A stretch of DNA of 50,463 bases from the UHGV virus genome UHGV-1368742. One strand, written 5' to 3'. Shown in pieces: positions 37,265-47,028 of the stretch. Origin of the DNA: a virus. The notes under the pieces were generated by a model. It searched no databases. It was not told the DNA's origin and worked only from the letters and a program-made list of their open reading frames with translations. The stretch's first letter is position 1; every line of letters begins with the position of its first letter. The position numbers and the translations under genes are program-made.

Positions 37265-37923
37265 TATTTTGTTTTTCTCCTTTCTGTTCTAAACTTCTGT
37301 TCTTGTTTTCTTCTTTCCTGTTCTTTTTGTTTGAAATAGTTATTTCTTGCATTTATGTTATGTTTTACTTTATTAACATCTATAACATTAATACTTTGTT
37401 TTGTATTACTATTTCTATTTGTTGAGTTAGAATCTAAGTTGTTTAACTTATCTGTGTTGGGCATGAAGCTAACAGCTTCAAAACCCCCTCTTTCTTTCTC
37501 CCCCTTATAATACTCTTCTTCACTTTGGTTGTCAATACCCTTTTTGCATATTTTATACTTTTTTAAGAATTCGCTATCCTCTTCTTCTAACTTACTTAAT
37601 ACATCACGCTCTATAAGCTCCCTATATGCCTTTATATCCTCTTCTTTTATTGCAACCCATACTTCATCCCTGTTAATGAACTGAAAGGCAAATAGAGGTA
37701 TTTTATGCGCTTCTAAAGCATGATGCTCTAACACATGAAATACACTTTGTTTAATACTGAAACTTTCATGGTCTGTACTTTTTAGTTCACAAAGGAAATG
37801 TTCATTTTCTCCATCGCATTTTTCTATCCATCCAGCACCACTGTTCTTTGTAGGTTTTAAACCTAACCTGTGCATTACTTCTGCTTCATTCTTTCTATAC
37901 CACTTTGTACTACGCTTCTGCAT
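37264..37923 (-). CDS. Hjc/RecU-like PD-(D/E)xK Holliday junction resolvase domain with basic low-complexity C-terminus
   Basis: KPTKNSGAGWIEKCDGENEHFLCELKST fits the Hjc pattern GSG..PD...E.K. Confidence 0.5.
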   Translation of the reverse strand: MQKRSTKWYRKNEAEVMHRLGLKPTKNSGAGWIEKCDGENEHFLCELKSTDHESFSIKQSVFHVLEHHALEAHKIPLFAFQFINRDEVWVAIKEEDIKAYRELIERDVLSKLEEEDSEFLKKYKICKKGIDNQSEEEYYKGEKERGGFEAVSFMPNTDKLNNLDSNSTNRNSNTKQSINVIDVNKVKHNINARNNYFKQKEQERRKQEQKFRTERRKTK

Positions 37924-38431
37924 GTTTTGTTAGCTCCTTACACTGTTCTTTGTATTTACAAGTCTTACATGCAGTAGCATATCTTCTACCATAAGATTTT
38001 CCAAAACAACTTTCTAAATCTTCTAACATTTGTTTTGTGATATGTTCATTTGTACAATCTGCATTACAATGATAGCGCATTAAACAATCATCACATAATC
38101 TCTTTTTCTTTTCGCATTTCTCTTCTTCTCTTTCTTCTGCCCTGTTCATACACTCTTTTTTACTATCACAACATTGACATTCCATGTTGTCATCCTCATA
38201 CGTTCCAAAACAATTTTGTTTTAATACCTCTTCCCTTATATCCCTTAATTTTGTTCTTTTGTTTTCCCAGCTTGCTACTACTTCCAAAACATCTACAACC
38301 TCCTGTGCTGTTATAACATCAAGACTCACATTTCTTGATTTAGTTTCACATACTGTTTTAATACAACCTTTTACTTTGTCCGCAAGCCCCTGTAAATTAT
38401 ACTCTTTTTCAATCTTCATTTGTTTCACCAT
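37910..38431 (-). CDS. Cys-rich hypothetical protein
   Basis: Multiple CxxC pairs (ECQCCDSKKEC...CDDCLMRYHCNADC...CKTCKYKEQC). Confidence 0.4.
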   Translation of the reverse strand: MVKQMKIEKEYNLQGLADKVKGCIKTVCETKSRNVSLDVITAQEVVDVLEVVASWENKRTKLRDIREEVLKQNCFGTYEDDNMECQCCDSKKECMNRAEEREEEKCEKKKRLCDDCLMRYHCNADCTNEHITKQMLEDLESCFGKSYGRRYATACKTCKYKEQCKELTKHAEA

Positions 38432-38618
38432 CCTGTTCTTTTAGTTTTTGTTTTGTTAATGCTTCAAGATATTTGATATATCCTAATCCAAGTCTATGTG
38501 TGCTTTTACTTCTGTAATTCTTTCTTGCTTCATTGAGTTCTGCTGTTCCAAACAGGTCTTTAAATCTTGTTTCTGTTTGTACTATTACATAACTGTAATT
38601 ATCTTTTCCATTTAACAT

Positions 38619-39125
38619 TTATTCTCCATACCCCCATTCTAAATGTGCTACTATGTACATCTTTTTCATAATAGCCTTTCTAAGGCTTGTATATGCCCCT
38701 ATATTGAACTTTTCTCTATGAGTAATACAATTTGTTATATATCTAATTAAATCACCTAATCTGTTCTGTAATGTACAATAATCATTACAATGTTTATCTT
38801 TTTCTTTCCATTTTTCTATAGGACAATAATTACAAGCTGAATCAAACCTATATTGTAAATTGCGTTCTTCACTTGCAATATAGCAAGCTGCACAACCGCA
38901 ATTCATTAACAAATTATTCTTTTCATATTCTGTTATCTTTCCACTAGCAAATAGATTAAATAGTGCTGTTCTTTTTAGTGATGCAATATATAGTGTTTCT
39001 ATTTGTTCTGTATTTGTTTTATAATATTCAATAGGTTCATTTGTTCTGGTAATAAATACTTTTAATACTTCTTCCCAAAGCATTATATGTATTTCATTGT
39101 ACCTTTTTAATATGTTTTGTTCCAT
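38619..39125 (-). CDS. Cys-rich hypothetical protein
   Basis: NCGCAACY...CNYCP...HCNDYC. Confidence 0.4.
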   Translation of the reverse strand: MEQNILKRYNEIHIMLWEEVLKVFITRTNEPIEYYKTNTEQIETLYIASLKRTALFNLFASGKITEYEKNNLLMNCGCAACYIASEERNLQYRFDSACNYCPIEKWKEKDKHCNDYCTLQNRLGDLIRYITNCITHREKFNIGAYTSLRKAIMKKMYIVAHLEWGYGE

Positions 39126-39136
39126 GTTTGTTTTAC

Positions 39137-39451
39137 CTACTCACCTTTTATAATTCCCTTTGCTAGTTTACCAATGAACTGTTTGTCCATTCCATTCAAC
39201 CTACTAAACAAATCAAAACCTGTTGTTCCATCAAAATCATAGAAAACATATCCATACTGGGTATTTATTCTAATTGTTTTCTGCGAATATACTTTTTGTT
39301 CCCTTACTAACTGTTGTGCTACTTCATCAAACTTTTTATCACTCCATTTTGGACTGTCTTCTTCATAATACAAATAACTATGTATTAGAACAACCCTTTG
39401 TAGGAAATCTATTTTTAACTTATCTGTCCAATATGCTGGAAAAATATACAT
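39137..39451 (-). CDS. small protein resembling the N-terminal Ia domain of NAD-dependent DNA ligase
   Basis: FLQRVVLIHSYLYYEEDSPKWSDKKFDEVAQQL fits the LigA Ia pattern ...YY..D.P..SD..FD.L...L. Confidence 0.4.
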   Translation of the reverse strand: MYIFPAYWTDKLKIDFLQRVVLIHSYLYYEEDSPKWSDKKFDEVAQQLVREQKVYSQKTIRINTQYGYVFYDFDGTTGFDLFSRLNGMDKQFIGKLAKGIIKGE

Positions 39452-39543
39452 TTGTTATTCACTCCTTTGTTATTATATTTTCTTCTAATCTGTTTTAATC
39501 TCCTTATTTGTTTTATATTACTGTTCTCTTGTTTACAAATAAT

Positions 39544-39572
39544 ACTATAATACATTTGTTATTATATGTCAA
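39544..39572 (-). promoter_or_regulatory. promoter TTGACA-N17-TATAGT with two upstream 17-bp direct repeats
   Basis: Minus strand reads TTGACAtataataacaaatgtatTATAGT. The repeat aataactattttaaaaa lies at 39571..39587 and 39593..39609. Confidence 0.4.
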
Positions 39573-39697
39573 TAACTATTTTAAAAATAAACAATAACTA
39601 TTTTAAAAACTTTTATGTTATATGTTTTATAAATATAAGCTGTATAGCTTTATAAAGAAAAATATATATAAATATATATAAAAAGAAAATTCGTGCT

Positions 39698-39982
39698 TTA
39701 AAAATTTATTTGTTTCATTCCTTTTTGTTTACAATATTGTTTAAAAGATTTTATATTGTTTCTTTCAAATATTTCTCTGGTTCTAAAAACAACGTCATCT
39801 AAATTTATTAATGCTTTTTGTTTTGAAGTATATCTGTTATATTCGATTGCAATTCCTGTTTGATAATGTGTAATAGAATAACACCTATTTTCTAATTTAA
39901 CAATAACAATATTTTTATACTTTGTTTTATAACACGGTTTCTTTATAACTTTTTTGTCACATCCCATTATATTACATTCCAT
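39698..39982 (-). CDS. hypothetical protein
   Basis: 94-aa ORF. Confidence 0.3.
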   Translation of the reverse strand: MECNIMGCDKKVIKKPCYKTKYKNIVIVKLENRCYSITHYQTGIAIEYNRYTSKQKALINLDDVVFRTREIFERNNIKSFKQYCKQKGMKQINF

Positions 39983-40119
39983 GCTCTAACCCTCCTATTT
40001 AACGATTTAAGACACTTTATGCCTTTGCCCTATACTTTTATTACTGAACTATATAAACACGCTAGAAACTTAAAATACAAGCTCTAATAGGTATAATAAA
40101 AGGTAGCTTTTTAGGCTAC

Positions 40120-40362
40120 CTAGAATTCAATGTACGAACCACCTGCGAACATTACTGACGGTCTACTAAACTTATCACAATCAAAAGGATTTAATGATGG
40201 TGTGATAAAACATAAATCACCATAGCAATAATAATGTTCGCAATCTTCAACAAAAGTGTTCTCCCACTTAATAGAACTAATTGCCTTTTCAAAAAGGTTG
40301 TTGCTTGGTGTTGAACACTCATATGCTGTTTTAAGTTTTTCAGAAATCTGTAATTCTTTCAT
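40120..40362 (-). CDS. hypothetical protein
   Basis: 80-aa ORF. Confidence 0.3.
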   Translation of the reverse strand: MKELQISEKLKTAYECSTPSNNLFEKAISSIKWENTFVEDCEHYYCYGDLCFITPSLNPFDCDKFSRPSVMFAGGSYIEF

Positions 40363-40474
40363 TTGTTTGTCCTCCTAATGTGTTATCTCGTTTCTATGAT
40401 ATTATATTATCACAGTTTTAATGTTCTGTCAACAATCAGTTTAAACTTAAAAAAGGAACGCTTGTATATGTTCC

Positions 40475-41569
40475 CTAAAATGTTTCTTCTTTTAGTTTTT
40501 GTTTTGATTTTGGTAAAAATCCATACATTGCAATACAATAGCTATCTGCCATATCATCATTTATTTTACACGGTACTTTCTCACCGCCTATTTTAACGTT
40601 TATAACGCCTTTCTTTCCCCTACCCTTATATTCCTCAACTATATACTTTAGAAGTCCTTTCTGCTTCAAATAGAGGATTGTAGGATACTTGTTTGGATTT
40701 ATTCCATATTTATTCTCTTTTGGTTTACTTGTTCCAACAACTGCATTCTTCCAACTTTTTGTCTCAACAGAATACACTGGTATACTATATGGATATAACG
40801 TATCTATTATTTTTACAATTAACCCAGCTGTAGATATAATATAGTCATAACTTATATGCCCTTGCGAATATAGTCTTATTCTCTCTACTATACAGATTGT
40901 ATTTCGTTTGTCTAATCTATATTCTCTTACTATTTTTGTTATCTTGTTTTCTATGCAACGCCTTTTATCTGCATTTGTTATACAATTTTCAAAGTCAACA
41001 GACCATATATCAACTAATACCGAATCGCAAACTAATGTTATTCCTGTCCGATTATAGCTTTCATCAATTCCAATTACATATTTTTCATTTGTTACATATT
41101 TAAAACTATATCCTTTGTGTTGATTTTCTTCACCCCTACAACAAGCACCAACATGACCTTTATTAAATCCATCATATACTGTACTATTAACGCTTGTATA
41201 GAATTTTCGTTCACGTGTTATATTATTCGTTGCAATCAAATGCTTTTCAAAAGAATAACATATATTTGCCCACTGTGTACACCATTCCAAATTATCCGCA
41301 CGATTATTTAATGGGTTTTCATCAAGATGGTTTACAGTATCATAAAAATATGGATTATCAATAAATGTTTTTGCAACTAAAATATGTATTTGATATTTTT
41401 TTGTTTTTCCATCTTTTGAAAGTTTTACTAAGCATCTACCCTTTTTTGTTATTTCTGGCTTCAATATCTTCTCTTTTTTCTTTGAAATATTTTTTACATT
41501 TCCAAAATTTGATACTTGGTAGATTCCCTCATATCCTTTTATATCTTTCCACTCTTCTATTTGATACAT
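40475..41569 (-). CDS. in-frame fusion: N-terminal HNH_3 homing-endonuclease module plus C-terminal RuvC-like Holliday junction resolvase
   Basis: N-domain: EEWKDIKGYEGIYQVSNFGNVKN (NUMOD4-like); IHILVAKTF...VNHLDENPLNNRADNLEWCTQWAN (HNH_3); YDGFNKGHVGACCRGEENQHKGYSFKY. C-domain: YVIGIDESYNRTGITLVCDS...NDDMADSYCIAMYG (RuvC-type). No start or stop codon between them. Confidence 0.65.
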   Translation of the reverse strand: MYQIEEWKDIKGYEGIYQVSNFGNVKNISKKKEKILKPEITKKGRCLVKLSKDGKTKKYQIHILVAKTFIDNPYFYDTVNHLDENPLNNRADNLEWCTQWANICYSFEKHLIATNNITRERKFYTSVNSTVYDGFNKGHVGACCRGEENQHKGYSFKYVTNEKYVIGIDESYNRTGITLVCDSVLVDIWSVDFENCITNADKRRCIENKITKIVREYRLDKRNTICIVERIRLYSQGHISYDYIISTAGLIVKIIDTLYPYSIPVYSVETKSWKNAVVGTSKPKENKYGINPNKYPTILYLKQKGLLKYIVEEYKGRGKKGVINVKIGGEKVPCKINDDMADSYCIAMYGFLPKSKQKLKEETF

Positions 41570-42024
41570 TGTTCCCTTATATACCTTTCTTTTTTAGCTT
41601 TTGCAAGTTTCTTTCTGAATCTTATTTTATCTTCCTTTGCTACCATCTTTGTATCATTACATTCACAAAATTGAATTCTCTTTATATGTTCAGAAAACCA
41701 TGTTCTTTTTACAAGTTTAAATGTTTTAAGATTTTGGTTATATAAAAGATATTCGTTGCCTACTTTTCCACAATATAGAATTGTATATACATGTTCTTCT
41801 GATTTTAGTTTGAACAGTGTTCCAGCTTCTATTCTGTTGCAATCACTACATCCCATTGTTTTAAGTTCGCTGTCATTTTTAATACTTCCAACAATGTAAT
41901 CTCTTCTGCTAAACATACATCTGTATCTATATCTGTTTAATACACTTTTTTCTTTTTCAGCTTTGTTTAAATAGCAACATTCTGCACAACTTAGTTTCCT
42001 CATGCTTTCAGCCACTCCAAACAT
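41557..42024 (-). CDS. Cys-rich hypothetical protein
   Basis: CAECCY...CSDCNR...CECND. Confidence 0.35.
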   Translation of the reverse strand: MFGVAESMRKLSCAECCYLNKAEKEKSVLNRYRYRCMFSRRDYIVGSIKNDSELKTMGCSDCNRIEAGTLFKLKSEEHVYTILYCGKVGNEYLLYNQNLKTFKLVKRTWFSEHIKRIQFCECNDTKMVAKEDKIRFRKKLAKAKKERYIREQCIK

Positions 42025-42401
42025 TTTTCTTTACTTGTGAATACTGGGTATATATCCCTTTGTGTTTTTCTGATACCAGTGTCTATTGTACTGTTAATAC
42101 ATAAAAAGTTTTGTTTATAGCTTTCTATGTTTTCCCTTTTGTCTGTTACACACTTAATAGGTTTTAGGTTGTATAATGTTTCTTCTTTTCTAACTATGCA
42201 TTCTTTTACAGCGCATTTTAAAACAACATTCTTTTTTGCCTTTTCCCTTTTACTTACAAATACAAGAAAGCATTCTTGCTCCGGTAAAAGCCTTAAATAT
42301 GTTTTGTGTACGTTCTGCATTCCTTTGCACTCCTTTGTTTCACACTCCATGCAATCTAAATATGTTACACGGAGTGCATATGCTTTACAATATTTTGCCA
42401 T
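42000..42401 (-). CDS. Cys-rich hypothetical protein
   Basis: CKAY...CMECETKEC...CAVKEC. Confidence 0.35.
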   Translation of the reverse strand: MAKYCKAYALRVTYLDCMECETKECKGMQNVHKTYLRLLPEQECFLVFVSKREKAKKNVVLKCAVKECIVRKEETLYNLKPIKCVTDKRENIESYKQNFLCINSTIDTGIRKTQRDIYPVFTSKEKCLEWLKA

Positions 42402-42405
42402 ATTG

Positions 42406-43257
42406 CTATAGCCTTTCTTTTACTTTTCCATAGCATACATCTTTCATGTTACATTCTTCTGCCATCTTACAATTATAGCCTGTGCATTTCTTATGCCTTT
42501 TTACAAGCTTGTTTTGTTCTAACAATTTTGTTTTACTTTCCTGTATTCTTTCTAATCTTCCAATATACTGTGCAATCTCACTTGGATTGTATTCATAGTG
42601 GTACACTTTAAATTCCTGTGTATTTTTATCATCACATAAAACAATTCCATGATGTATTCCTGTTAAATACATATATAATTGGCATTGCTTTCTTCCACTC
42701 GCATGGTACTTTTGTTTTTTAAATGTGAATGTATTCACGCTCTTAATTTCTACTATGTATGGAATCTTTTTAACGCTTTCATCATATACGCTTTCAAGCC
42801 TGTAATCCTCTGGTATTTCGCATATAATATCGGGTGTATAGGATAAATCAAATTCATCAGCAAAACGGCTAAAATCGCAATCTAAAGGCTTACACAACCC
42901 ACCACGAATAAATAGCCTTTGCCACTTTTCATGGATTGCATCACCCTCACTGAATATTCTTCTTAAACCTACTGGAACTTGCTCACCCTGTAACTGTTTA
43001 TAAAACAAAGAAAGAACTTGCTGACGTATGCAAAACTTATCATCTGATACAATCACAGCACTGGCATGTAGCCCTTTTCTTTCTGTTGTCTCCGCTCCTC
43101 TTGTCATTACACTTTTAAGGAATTTAAGTTCTTTTGGAATATCCTTATCTAAATAAAATAAACCATTCAACATTTGTTCTATTTCTTTTTCTTGTGTGCT
43201 TTGAATCTTTGTAAAAGTTTTATCTGCATCCTTTTTGATATCATCTACTATTCCCAT
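42406..43257 (-). CDS. Cas4-like PD-(D/E)xK exonuclease with C-terminal Cys cluster
   Basis: The core IPYIVEIKS has an ExK-like arrangement. C-terminal CTGYNCKMAEECNMKDVC is a 4-Cys cluster, as in Cas4/AddB-type Fe-S nucleases. Confidence 0.55.
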   Translation of the reverse strand: MGIVDDIKKDADKTFTKIQSTQEKEIEQMLNGLFYLDKDIPKELKFLKSVMTRGAETTERKGLHASAVIVSDDKFCIRQQVLSLFYKQLQGEQVPVGLRRIFSEGDAIHEKWQRLFIRGGLCKPLDCDFSRFADEFDLSYTPDIICEIPEDYRLESVYDESVKKIPYIVEIKSVNTFTFKKQKYHASGRKQCQLYMYLTGIHHGIVLCDDKNTQEFKVYHYEYNPSEIAQYIGRLERIQESKTKLLEQNKLVKRHKKCTGYNCKMAEECNMKDVCYGKVKERL

Positions 43258-43422
43258 TTTATTCTCCTTGTTCTGAAATAGATAATATGTTTGTTTGTTT
43301 CAAACCGGTGGTGGTACAGAACCTTGTTCTTGCTTGCTTTTCTGTTTCTGCATAACAAAAGAATTTATGTTCCGCACTTCCACCTCCTGTATAAGTTCGT
43401 TTAAATACTATACAATAAAATA

Positions 43423-44343
43423 TCACTCTAACATTTCCTTGTACTTTTTCTTGTGTTCATCCATGATTTCTTTTCTAACAGAATCAAGGTCTGCAAAATC
43501 AACAAAACCACGTTCATAGAATAATGGGATTTCACAGCTCTGCATTGGATTACAAACTTTACTTTTTACAACTTTAACTTTCATAATCATTCCTATACGC
43601 TCTTTCGCTTCTGTGTTGAATGGGTTATGATTAGGGATTTCAATATAGCCTTTTCTTGCTACTTGTATTCTCAGATTTGCACTGTGCTTTAATTTGTGAC
43701 CTCCAGGAGTCTGTATATTATCTCCAAAAGGCAATGCATTCATTTTATCTCTAATCTGATTAATAAATATGACTGTAGTTCCTGTTTGCTCTATTACGTC
43801 CTCAAGCGTTGGTAAATACTTATCCATTAATCTTGCTACTCCACCGATACGCATTTCCTGTTCACTGTCTGTGTTTACCGCTTTTCTGATTTTGTCTATA
43901 TCATCTTTTGGCTGTAAGGATGGTACACTATCAATTACTATTAATGGGATTCCCTCTTCTGCGAATCTTATCGCTCTGTTAAATGCTTTTTCTCCATATC
44001 TTGCTCTATATACAATCATCTGTTTTGGTCTGTTACCAAACAATCTTGCTCTTTCGCTATCGAACGAACCCTCAACAGGTTCAACCAAACACAGCTCATG
44101 CTGTGCGCACATTTGATATGCAAGTGTTGTCTTTCCAGCACTCTCCGCACCAAATATTTCTATAGTTCTTCCTTTGGGGATTCCACCACCAATAATGTTA
44201 TCCAAATCCGCTAACCCTGTACTCCATCTTGGAATCTTAAGTGCATCAGATTTACTTCCCAAACTGTAAACACTTCCTTTTTCCTTTTTGTCAATCTCCG
44301 ACATAAGTTTCAATATTCCGTCTTTATTCATTCCCTTACTCAT
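43423..44343 (-). CDS. RecA-family recombinase
   Basis: LDNIIGGGIPKGRTIEIFGAESAGKTTLAYQM matches the RecA Walker A / L1 region. Confidence 0.8.
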   Translation of the reverse strand: MSKGMNKDGILKLMSEIDKKEKGSVYSLGSKSDALKIPRWSTGLADLDNIIGGGIPKGRTIEIFGAESAGKTTLAYQMCAQHELCLVEPVEGSFDSERARLFGNRPKQMIVYRARYGEKAFNRAIRFAEEGIPLIVIDSVPSLQPKDDIDKIRKAVNTDSEQEMRIGGVARLMDKYLPTLEDVIEQTGTTVIFINQIRDKMNALPFGDNIQTPGGHKLKHSANLRIQVARKGYIEIPNHNPFNTEAKERIGMIMKVKVVKSKVCNPMQSCEIPLFYERGFVDFADLDSVRKEIMDEHKKKYKEMLE

Positions 44344-44807
44344 TTTTTGTATCCCTCCATATATTCACGACATAATTCGCCTAATTCATCTATCGCAACA
44401 TTATTAATTGTAGCTTTATCTGTCAATTCAAGCTCTTCCGCTTTATCAAGATACCATTTCGCTTTGCATAAGTCCTCGTAACCATTTTTGTATTTATGTC
44501 TGCTCAAATATTTATATGCATTTACAATGCAATAATCCGTTACCCTCTGATTCCCAAAAATCAATCTCATGTTATCAATGCATTCAATACTCGTTCTATC
44601 TTTATAATAATCTGGATTTATGTTATCATGTTTGTTTTGTTCTGTTTTTTTCATCTCTGTTTTCTCCTTTTCAATAATAGGTGCTTTCGATACTTCCTCT
44701 CTTACTTTATTTGTTATTGCAGTGCATATTCTTATTTCATTACACTCTTCCCCTGTTACTTTACATGTTCCATCATATTCATACTCACAACCGTCACATC
44801 TTTCCAT
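44340..44807 (-). CDS. DUF3310-like phage protein (Cys-rich N-terminus)
   Basis: YYKDRTSIECIDNMRLIFG...AYKYLSRHKYKNGYEDLCKAKWYL resembles the DUF3310 pattern seen in many phages. Confidence 0.4.
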   Translation of the reverse strand: MERCDGCEYEYDGTCKVTGEECNEIRICTAITNKVREEVSKAPIIEKEKTEMKKTEQNKHDNINPDYYKDRTSIECIDNMRLIFGNQRVTDYCIVNAYKYLSRHKYKNGYEDLCKAKWYLDKAEELELTDKATINNVAIDELGELCREYMEGYKK

Positions 44808-44813
44808 TTTCTT

Positions 44814-45263
44814 CTACCTCGCCATTAATGTACTATTATATTTTACAACTCTACTCATATATTTGTTTTTGCTAAATTCAAGTGCGCCTTGTTCTTTTAA
44901 AGTTTTAATTACCCCCTTTGTAACACTTCTTCCTTTGCATCTATCATAGAAGTCATCATATGATTTAAACACGCCCTTTCTGCGCTCGTTTTCAATGGTT
45001 TCTGCGGCTTTTTCTCCAATGCCCTTAATAATACTTAACCCTTGCTGTATAACGTCCTCTCCATCCATTTTACGCAATGAAGTTTTAGCTGAATAATTAA
45101 CATGAGGTAGCATAACCACAGCACCGTCTTTTACTGCAAACTGTGAATACTTAAATATATCTGCATCATTATCTGCATACTTCATTTTAACATACCAAAA
45201 CTGTGTTGGATAATGTACTTTATAATACATCTGATCTATTGATATTAAAGCGTATCCTGTTGA
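44814..45263 (-). CDS. dnaE: DnaE-type DNA polymerase III alpha, exon 3 (HhH region)
   Basis: STGYALISIDQMYYKVHYPTQFW corresponds to consensus (H)AAAYALIAYQTAYLKAHYP. HhH motif GLSIIKGIGEKAAETI. Listed ORF 44814..45359 includes 32 intron-derived codons at its 5' end. Confidence 0.7.
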   Translation of the reverse strand, partial: STGYALISIDQMYYKVHYPTQFWYVKMKYADNDADIFKYSQFAVKDGAVVMLPHVNYSAKTSLRKMDGEDVIQQGLSIIKGIGEKAAETIENERRKGVFKSYDDFYDRCKGRSVTKGVIKTLKEQGALEFSKNKYMSRVVKYNSTLMAR

Positions 45264-45608
45264 CAATACCTCACACACTTTCATGTGCCACACTACGCTA
45301 AATGTGTTAAGGTTTGGAGCACACCAAAGACATAAGCTTTCACCCTTAGTCCTCTCCATTATGCTCTCTGAATCTTCCCATGTTATATAGGCTTGACTGC
45401 TGATTACCTATTATTTACTACTTAGCACCTCACAATAAGGCTTTTATTTCAGCTTATAGTATCTGAATGATTTTTTCTGAATTTCTTCCGCATTCACACT
45501 TTATTTTTCAATATATGTTGTAGCTCATTCAGCTTTAAGGACTCCCAGCATTTTCGGAGATTTTCAGCACACACTTTACATGTATACTGCACTCAACCTT
45601 TTAAGTCT
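45264..45608 (-). mobile_element. ORF-less intron 2 in dnaE (group I candidate)
   Basis: 5' exon ends ...GFNKGH with CAU (U at the junction); intron ends ...GUAUUG; 3' exon starts UCA (STGYAL). The joined sequence FNKGH|STGYALIS matches the consensus FNKSHAAAYALI in length. No HEG inside. Confidence 0.5.
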
Positions 45609-46685
45609 ATGACCCTTATTAAAGCCATATATGAGCATGCTCGCCCATATGCTATTTGTTTGTTCTTTCGTCAATCCCTCTTGTCGGCATCCTTTAAAAA
45701 AGTCTTTCTTCATTTGTTCAATAATTGGAACGTATTCTGGTTTTGTTAGGTTTTCTGCTTTTTTCATAATCTTCAACATATCAAAACTCTGCTGTGGTGT
45801 TAAGTGTCCAACTTTCTGTGCTACTTCAACCGTTTGTTCTTGGTATAGCATTGTTCCATATGTTTCTTGCGTATATTTATAATATGGTGTATTCTTATCC
45901 ACATTATCTGAAAGTTTATTATGTGCATATGTTTCATGCATGTGCAACTGTAATGGTGCTGGTCTGTTTAGCGCATTCACCGCTATAATATCATTAACAC
46001 AATCACACTGAATCATATCAAGAATCTTTTTAGGTGCTGACTTCTCCATCTGGAATATTCCATCTGTTCTTCCCTCTCTGAATCCCTCTATAACTTCTTT
46101 GCTTTCTTCATCCTCTTCTGTGATTGTATGACCTGTTTTCTCTCTTAACTCACGCATTTCCGACATTGTTTTAAGTCCGAGCATATCAAACTTTACACAA
46201 TTAATATGCTCTAAATCATCTTTGTCAAAACAACTGCTTAGCGCTCCTGTCTTTCTATCTCGCATAATAATACAAGTATAGTCACTTATGTCTGTTCCAA
46301 CCACAGCAACACCAGCCGAATGTTTTCCTAAATATTTTATCTTTCCATACAGTTTTGAAAAATGTTTTATAATGTTATCATACTTCTCATTGAACTCTTC
46401 TGTTCTGTATCCATTCAGCAAATTACTCATGTTCAGTTCATCATCTACTATGAATCCCTTAATATATGACTTAATTTCTGCAATCACTTTTTTATTTTCA
46501 TCTGCTTCAAACCAATCAACATCTTTTGTTGTTTTTAGATTACAAACACTTGCTAAATCATTCACAAGATTGTCAACTCCATACATGCCATAAGAACAAA
46601 TCTGTATTGCTTTGTTTGGATATTTGTTTATAACATAATCAATTACTTCTTGTCTCCTGTCTCGTTCGAAATCTAAGTCAATATC
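45609..46685 (-). CDS. dnaE: DnaE-type DNA polymerase III alpha, exon 2 (palm/fingers)
   Basis: The frame is open from the TAG at 46688 and reads DIDLDFERDRRQEVIDYVINKYPNKAIQICSYGMYGV.... This matches the consensus DIDIDF..RR.EVI.YV..KYG. Contains YQEQTVEVA and ends GFNKGH. Confidence 0.75.
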
Positions 46686-47028
46686 CTACCTTAGTCGTTC
46701 GTTTCCAAACTATCAAGGCTAGACTATATCTTCCACTACTGTGGCATTCGCACTTCGGAATGGTGCTTATCTCCATCCCTACCCCTGTTACTCTCTTCAC
46801 AAGCTAGTCGTTACACCTTTATATACATCTGTATACACTTGGCACGGTATTCCCTCTATCTCACCATCACTGGTTTAGGGTTTCTTAGTCAGATTATTCG
46901 TCTATGGTCTATGCCCTATTATCCTGTTGTAACATTTCAATAAGGAGTCTTATTTTTCTGATACCGTTAGCATATTATAATAATACACACCATTAAACAA
47001 TGTTCACGAATGATGCCCAATTAAGTTT
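46686..47028 (-). mobile_element. ORF-less group I intron 1 in dnaE
   Basis: 5' exon ends ...KKSLP with CCU; intron ends ...AAGGUAG; 3' exon starts GAU AUU GAC (DIDLDF). Contains a P7-like pairing cgACUAGc ... AAGAUAUAGUCUAGcc, which shares the AAGAUAUAGUC element with the terL intron. Confidence 0.6.
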
